Of a stretch of DNA of 64,000 nt, positions 58,457 to 64,000 are shown piece by piece. The position numbers and the translations under genes are program-made. This DNA comes from Faecousia sp. (GTDB lineage Bacteria; Bacillota; Clostridia; Oscillospirales; Oscillospiraceae): contig JAZSPV010000060.1 of assembly GCA_045537615.1 (NCBI GenBank), positions 6,852 to 70,851 of the forward strand. Reading direction: 5' to 3'. Position 1 is the first letter of the stretch, and each line of letters opens with the position of its first letter. The notes under the pieces were generated by a model, which did not search any database, had not been told where the DNA came from, and worked only from the letters and a program-made list of their open reading frames with translations.

Positions 58457-60418
58457 ATGGACCGATTCCAGCTAATTTCCGAATATAAGCCCTCCGGCGA
58501 CCAACCGGAGGCAATTGAAGGGCTTGTCAACGGCGTGAACTGGGGTCTGCGTGAGCAGACACTTTTGGGTGTTACCGGTTCCGGAAAGACTTTTACCATG
58601 GCTTCTGTGATTGAAAAACTCAACAGACCGACCCTGGTGCTTGCGCATAATAAGACCTTGGCAGCCCAGCTATGTTCTGAGTTCCGTGAGTTCTTTCCCA
58701 ATAATGCGGTGGAGTATTTTATCTCTTACTACGATTACTACCAGCCGGAGGCCTATATCGCCCATACAGACACCTATATTGAAAAGGATTCTTCTGTCAA
58801 TGAGGAGATCGACCGGCTGCGTCACAGCGCCACCTCTGCGCTGTTTGAGCGCCGGGACGTAATCGTAGTATCCTCCGTTAGCTGTTTATACGGATTGGGT
58901 GACCCCATTGACTACCGCAGCATGGTCATTTCCCTGCGTGTTGGACAGCAGCGGCCTTTGGATGAGATTTTGCGAAAACTGACTGAGATTCGTTATGAGC
59001 GAAATGATATCGATTTCTCCCGTAACAAATTTCGTGTTCGTGGCGATACTTTGGAGGTTTATCCGGCTTATTGGACAGGCCGGGCGATCCGGGTAGAATT
59101 CTTTGGTGATGAGATAGACCGGATTTCAGAGATCAATGCGGTGTCCGGTATGGTGGAGCGTTATATTGACCATGTAGCAATTTATCCTGCCAGCCATTAT
59201 GTGGCCTCCCGGGAGAAACTGGATAGGGCTATGGAGGAAATTCGCCGGGAATGTGATGAACAGGTAGCCTGGTTCCGGGCACACGATAAACTTTTGGAGG
59301 CCCAGCGCATTGCACAGCGGACCAATTATGACCTTGAAATGCTGACCGAGATCGGTTTCTGCACCGGTATCGAAAATTATTCCCGCGTGATACAGGGCAG
59401 AGCACCGGGTACACCGCCCACCACACTTTTGGACTATTTCCCCGATGACTTTCTTCTGTTCGTAGATGAAAGCCATGTGACACTACCCCAATGCAGGGCT
59501 ATGTACGCAGGTGACCGCAGCCGCAAAGATGCACTGGTCAACTACGGTTTCCGGTTGCCCTCGGCATACGATAACCGTCCGCTGAATTTTGAGGAGTTTG
59601 ACAGCAAGCTGAATCAGGTCATCTATGTTTCTGCCACACCTGCTGAATATGAGCGCACCAGATCCGGTCAGACGGTAGAGCAGGTGATTCGGCCCACCGG
59701 ATTGCTGGATCCGGTTGTGGAGGTCCGGCCCATCGAGGGACAGATCGACGATTTGATCGGGCAGATCAACGAAAGAAGCGCCCGTGATGAGCGAGTATTG
59801 GTGACAACACTGACAAAGAAAATGGCGGAGGATCTGACGGTCTACCTGCAAAAAGCCGGTATTCGTGTGCGCTATATGCATTCCGATATCGGTGCCATGG
59901 AGCGCATGGAGATCATCCGTGATTTGCGTATGGCAAAATTTGATGTTCTCATCGGAATCAATCTGCTCCGTGAGGGATTGGACTTGCCGGAGGTAAGCCT
60001 GGTGGCAATACTCGATGCGGACAAAGAGGGCTTCCTGAGGTCTGAGACCAGTCTGATTCAGACCATTGGCCGGGCTGCCCGTAATGCAGAGGGTCTTGTG
60101 ATCATGTATGCAGATCATATCACCCCTTCCATGCGCGCTGCCATTGACGAAACAAAGCGCCGCAGACAAATCCAAGATGCCTATAACCATGCCAATGGAA
60201 TCGTTCCAAAGACCATTATCAAGTCTGTTCGGGATTTGATCGAAATTTCCTCGCCCACGGCGGAACGTAAGGGACGCACCGGTGTGAAGATGACAAAGGC
60301 AGAAAAGGAAAAAGAAATCGCCCGCCTGGAAAAGCAGATGAAGGAAGCAGCAAAAATGATGGAGTACGAATATGCCGCTATTCTGCGTGATCAGATTATT
60401 GAACTTCGGGGGAAATAA
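58457..60418 (+). CDS. uvrB: excinuclease ABC subunit B
   Basis: [29 protein letters not shown]-terminal UVR domain. Confidence 0.98.
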   Translation: MDRFQLISEYKPSGDQPEAIEGLVNGVNWGLREQTLLGVTGSGKTFTMASVIEKLNRPTLVLAHNKTLAAQLCSEFREFFPNNAVEYFISYYDYYQPEAYIAHTDTYIEKDSSVNEEIDRLRHSATSALFERRDVIVVSSVSCLYGLGDPIDYRSMVISLRVGQQRPLDEILRKLTEIRYERNDIDFSRNKFRVRGDTLEVYPAYWTGRAIRVEFFGDEIDRISEINAVSGMVERYIDHVAIYPASHYVASREKLDRAMEEIRRECDEQVAWFRAHDKLLEAQRIAQRTNYDLEMLTEIGFCTGIENYSRVIQGRAPGTPPTTLLDYFPDDFLLFVDESHVTLPQCRAMYAGDRSRKDALVNYGFRLPSAYDNRPLNFEEFDSKLNQVIYVSATPAEYERTRSGQTVEQVIRPTGLLDPVVEVRPIEGQIDDLIGQINERSARDERVLVTTLTKKMAEDLTVYLQKAGIRVRYMHSDIGAMERMEIIRDLRMAKFDVLIGINLLREGLDLPEVSLVAILDADKEGFLRSETSLIQTIGRAARNAEGLVIMYADHITPSMRAAIDETKRRRQIQDAYNHANGIVPKTIIKSVRDLIEISSPTAERKGRTGVKMTKAEKEKEIARLEKQMKEAAKMMEYEYAAILRDQIIELRGK

Positions 60419-60501
60419 TGAAATAACAGGCTGAGATACTTAATGATCTCAGCCTGCTTTTGTTTTTTCGGATCCGTCTAGTGGGACGGCAGTGATTGTT
60501 G

Positions 60502-61905
60502 CTATGCAGGAACGTCCCCACGGGAGGCATCGAGTGTTGCGGCAGCATCAAATAGACCGTCAAACCATGCTGCGTGATGGACCAGGTTGGAGCCTGTGAC
60601 AAGAAGCCTGCCTTGACGAATATAGCCGTCACCGGAATAGAACCAGCCCCCTTCGCCATTGCTCAGACCCAGATAGTGGGTGAAGCCGTGGGATTGCAGC
60701 ACCTGGAATTTGTCACCGGAGTAGGGACGCGACGGGGTGTTGATATCGTTGTTCTGTGCAAAGACCAAGATATCTGTAGCTGCCAAAGCAGAACTGACAG
60801 GTGTTACCTCGTCTGTCCATTTGGTGAGATCTGCTTGAATCTGTTCGGCGGTGAAGTTGCCATAGGGCTCGTTTCCGTAGGTGTAGCAAGCGAGCTCGTA
60901 GCCCATAGCTTCCAGTCTGTCAACAATGTATCCGGCATCTGTAAGCTGCTGTGCGTAAGTTTCTTGCCCAAGACGCTCAGCCGCTGCCGGATTGGTTCTG
61001 TAACCCAGTATTCCGTCATAGCCGGTAACTGCAATTACGGCTCTTGCGCCCTTGTAAGAGAAGTCCGGATGTGTCTCGATAAATGATTCTAAAATGGGGA
61101 CGATATCGTAGGGGCCGATGACAGTTTGTCCGTCGGGTGTAATGTATTCGCAGGTAATGTTGCCGTTGGCGTCCTCCATAAGCCTGCTGGCAAAGCCGGC
61201 ACCGCCTTTGTCCGGCAGGCCGTCGCCATTGCCGTCCAGCATATAGGTGTAGTAGTTTACGTTGGTTTCTGTAAGAACCATTGGCTTTTTCCCAGCAGGG
61301 AGGTAGAGTTCTTTGTTTTCAGTGCCGGTTGTAATATCCTCTAAGCTTACAAGAATGTAATCGTTTTCATATAACTGCTGCAGAATGCTTTGGAACTCAC
61401 TAACGGTAATAAAATTACGGTTATAGGATGTGCCGTAGACTGGATCTGCAAGGGCTCGGGCAGGGTCCGCAATCAGAGGGTGGAAGGAAAGATTGGGGAT
61501 ATTTCCGATATCCTCCCATAAAACAAGTGCATCATAAGCAGACGTGTATGCATTATATTTTTCTTGCAGCGCGGGAAAATCTGCCATGTTCCCGGAGAAG
61601 GTCTCTAATTGTGCAAGTGCGCCTTCATAGTCAAAGTGTGTGGCCAGAACCGCAGTATCTGCCAGAAGCTGTTCCGCTTCCTCTGTCAGCCGATCCAGCT
61701 CCGCCTGGGCAGCGATGGAGGCCTCCCGTGATAGCTGAATGTTGTACTGTATGCGCTGAACACCACGAACCATGGCACTAATCAAAAAGATCAGTACCAT
61801 CAGTGCTGTGGCACAGCCGATGATAATGGGAAGATATATTTCTTTAAACATGCGTTTTTGGATTTTTTTGCTGTTTTTGGAGTTAGGATTGCTGTGCCTC
61901 TCCAT
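60502..61905 (-). CDS. membrane-anchored polysaccharide-deacetylase-like protein (degenerate)
   Basis: N-terminal TM; FH.LI, ITVSEFQSILQQLYENDYILV, LPAGKKP, HPDFSYKGA, TGYDGILGYRT. Confidence 0.75.
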   Translation of the reverse strand: MERHSNPNSKNSKKIQKRMFKEIYLPIIIGCATALMVLIFLISAMVRGVQRIQYNIQLSREASIAAQAELDRLTEEAEQLLADTAVLATHFDYEGALAQLETFSGNMADFPALQEKYNAYTSAYDALVLWEDIGNIPNLSFHPLIADPARALADPVYGTSYNRNFITVSEFQSILQQLYENDYILVSLEDITTGTENKELYLPAGKKPMVLTETNVNYYTYMLDGNGDGLPDKGGAGFASRLMEDANGNITCEYITPDGQTVIGPYDIVPILESFIETHPDFSYKGARAVIAVTGYDGILGYRTNPAAAERLGQETYAQQLTDAGYIVDRLEAMGYELACYTYGNEPYGNFTAEQIQADLTKWTDEVTPVSSALAATDILVFAQNNDINTPSRPYSGDKFQVLQSHGFTHYLGLSNGEGGWFYSGDGYIRQGRLLVTGSNLVHHAAWFDGLFDAAATLDASRGDVPA

Positions 61906-62047
61906 GGATATACCGCCTTTCGCATGATAATTTGTGATTTTATTATATCCCTGACACTGGGAAAAAGCAAGGGTGTTGATTGACCGGTACTTGAAATTTT
62001 AATGCAATTGGTTTATCATAAAGCCAATATCAGCCAAGGAGACATCT

Positions 62048-62524
62048 ATGGAAAAAATCACAAGCTTTACAATCGATCACATTAAGCTGCAGCCAGGTTT
62101 ATATGTATCCAGAGTGGATAAGGTCGGCGACGAGAGTGTAACGACCTTTGATCTGCGGCTGACTTCCCCCAATGACGAACCGGTGATGAATACGGCGGAG
62201 GTACACACCATTGAGCATTTGGCAGCTACTTATCTTCGCAACGAACCCCAATGGAAAAGCAAGGTTCTGTACTTTGGGCCTATGGGTTGCCGAACTGGCT
62301 TTTACCTGTTGCTGGCAGGCGCTCTGAATGCTCGTGATGTGCTGCCTCTGGTAACAGCCTGCTTTCGGTTCATTGGGGAATTTACCGGTGATGTACCCGG
62401 TGCCAGTCCGAAGGACTGCGGCAATTATCTGGATATGAACCTGCCTATGGCGAAATATTGGGCAAACCGCTACTGTTCAATTTTGGAAAATATTGACAAT
62501 TCACGCCTTGTGTATCCCCAATAG
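62048..62524 (+). CDS. luxS: S-ribosylhomocysteine lyase
   Basis: SFTIDH, HTIEHL, GPMGCRTGFY, CGNY. Confidence 0.97.
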   Translation: MEKITSFTIDHIKLQPGLYVSRVDKVGDESVTTFDLRLTSPNDEPVMNTAEVHTIEHLAATYLRNEPQWKSKVLYFGPMGCRTGFYLLLAGALNARDVLPLVTACFRFIGEFTGDVPGASPKDCGNYLDMNLPMAKYWANRYCSILENIDNSRLVYPQ

Positions 62525-62536
62525 GAGAATGTACAG

Positions 62537-63256
62537 ATGAAAAAACTTGGAATTATTGGCGCAATGACCGTTGAGGTGGAAAGTCTGAAAAGTCAGTTAT
62601 CAGAACTGGTGGTGACGGAACATGCCGGAATATCCTTCTACGCAGGAAAACTGGAGGGGCTGCCTGCGGTTGTGGCTCAGTGCGGCGTAGGAAAAGTAAA
62701 TGCCGCCATGTGCGTGCAGATCATGTGTGACTGCTTCGATGTGACCCATATCGTCAATACCGGCGTTGCCGGCTCATTGTGTGCACAGTTGGATATCGGT
62801 GACTTTGTCATCAGCCGGGATGCTATGTATCACGATTTTGATTGCCATGTTCTGAATCCGGACTATCCTGTGGGACAAGTGCCGGGAATGGCTGTCCATG
62901 CGTATCCTGCAGACGAAATGCTAATAAATTATGCCTTTGCCGCGGCCCAACTGGTGCATAAGGGACATGCCCATATTGGCAGAGTAGCCAGCGGTGACCA
63001 GTTTGTATGTGACAGTGCTGTGAAGCAGACAATCATTGACAATACAGGAGCGCTTTGTACGGAAATGGAGGGAGCGGCGATTGCCCATGCAGCATGGCGC
63101 AACAGTGTGCCTTTTGTGGTGATACGTGCCATCTCCGACAAAGCAGACAACTCTGCGGAAATGGATTATCCCACTTTTGAGGCAATTGCGGCGAAGCGCT
63201 GCGCTGCCGTGACACTGGAACTGGCTAAACAGCTGAATAACGAAATATGGCAATAA
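62537..63256 (+). CDS. mtnN: 5'-methylthioadenosine/S-adenosylhomocysteine nucleosidase
   Basis: GIIGAM..E, GVGKVNAA, GDQF, EMEGAA, RAISD. Confidence 0.96.
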   Translation: MKKLGIIGAMTVEVESLKSQLSELVVTEHAGISFYAGKLEGLPAVVAQCGVGKVNAAMCVQIMCDCFDVTHIVNTGVAGSLCAQLDIGDFVISRDAMYHDFDCHVLNPDYPVGQVPGMAVHAYPADEMLINYAFAAAQLVHKGHAHIGRVASGDQFVCDSAVKQTIIDNTGALCTEMEGAAIAHAAWRNSVPFVVIRAISDKADNSAEMDYPTFEAIAAKRCAAVTLELAKQLNNEIWQ

Positions 63257-63295
63257 CATTAGAAGCAGGAGCGTTACGCCCCTGCTTCTAATGTT
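63255..63295. terminator. bidirectional terminator
   Basis: aacattagaagcagg...cctgcttctaatgtt. Confidence 0.7.
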
Positions 63296-63999
63296 TGATG
63301 TGCGGTGTCATTAAGCAGATTGTATTGCTGATCAGCAGAAAACTCCATGCGGTAGGGAAGGCCTTCCATCGTGTAAATTCCTACGTATTGAAATCCGGAA
63401 TTTACAGGCAGTCCTGTCTTTTTCTGTATGGTTAAATAGCAGGTGGTATTTGCCGTGTAATCCTCTGCATGCTCACGGAGTATTTGCGTATTCTGGTAGA
63501 GAGTGGCGCAGGCTTCATCACCAAGCAAAGCACCGAAGACCTCGTTTGCTGTAAATTCTATGCGATAGCTGTCAATATCCTCTACTATGGTTGCTGCTTG
63601 AATATATTGAGGCAATATGATCGTTCCTACCAAAATATCTTGACAGTGGGTTTGGATCGATTCCGTATCCGGCTGGGTGTTGGGTTGTTCAACGCCGTCG
63701 ACTATCGTTTTCAGAATGCCGTCTTTGTACAGTTCCTCTTTTGTCAGTGTGGAGCCTGCACCGATATTTCCGGTATTGTCCAACGTGATCTGTGTTTCTG
63801 TTAGGGATGACCAGGTGTCGGCCCTCACAGCATTCAGTGTAATGGTTTGATTGCGCAAATCCCCAAAGGCCTGGCTGTGGATTCGGTCTTGATATTGGGA
63901 AGTTATGCTCTGCGCTTCCAACAGGTAGCCGCAGGCGATTTCCAACATCTTGGGGATATCGGGATCGTCTATGGGAGTAAAAGGTCCCCCCGGAGGGGA
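63274..63999 (-). CDS. hypothetical protein, 3' part (start lies beyond the right edge)
   Basis: Frame stays open from 63948 to the window edge. Confidence 0.65.
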   Translation of the reverse strand, partial: SPPGGPFTPIDDPDIPKMLEIACGYLLEAQSITSQYQDRIHSQAFGDLRNQTITLNAVRADTWSSLTETQITLDNTGNIGAGSTLTKEELYKDGILKTIVDGVEQPNTQPDTESIQTHCQDILVGTIILPQYIQAATIVEDIDSYRIEFTANEVFGALLGDEACATLYQNTQILREHAEDYTANTTCYLTIQKKTGLPVNSGFQYVGIYTMEGLPYRMEFSADQQYNLLNDTAHQTLEAGA

Positions 64000-64000
64000 A

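Overview
Chromosomal window from a spore-forming Clostridia genome (Oscillospiraceae-like by gene style; inference). It is mostly housekeeping and sporulation genes: yfhO (partial), spoIVA, yceD-rpmF, der-plsY, rpmB, hprK, a RluA-family pseudouridine synthase, mnmA, a COG0523 GTPase pair, rarA, spoIIGA-sigE, rex, a SASP, a Cu/Zn SOD, gltX, trpS, ridA, tRNA-Ser(GCT), a parE/parC-like topoisomerase pair, tRNA-Gly(GCC), a polar amino-acid ABC transporter, murC-ddl, mfd-pth-prs, uvrA, radC, uvrB and luxS-mtnN. No CRISPR array, transposase or integrase is visible. The most unusual locus follows tRNA-Gly (37672-38756). After the terminator comes a ~185-bp element of seven short hairpins, mostly with cGNAg/cTTCg triloops. 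Three ATATCATYA spacers in its left half are mirrored by three (T)GATGAKAT spacers in its right half. The end of the element supplies the -35 of a sigma-A promoter that fires into an AT-rich XRE gene bounded by 22-bp imperfect inverted repeats, the right one containing the stop codon. This resembles a tRNA-linked gene-cassette capture/expression platform (hypothesis). Other oddities: a blaI/M56 cassette flanked by a duplicated hairpin, twin near-identical divergent promoters, an anti-T-arm sequence after tRNA-Ser, and several apparent pseudo-enzymes.
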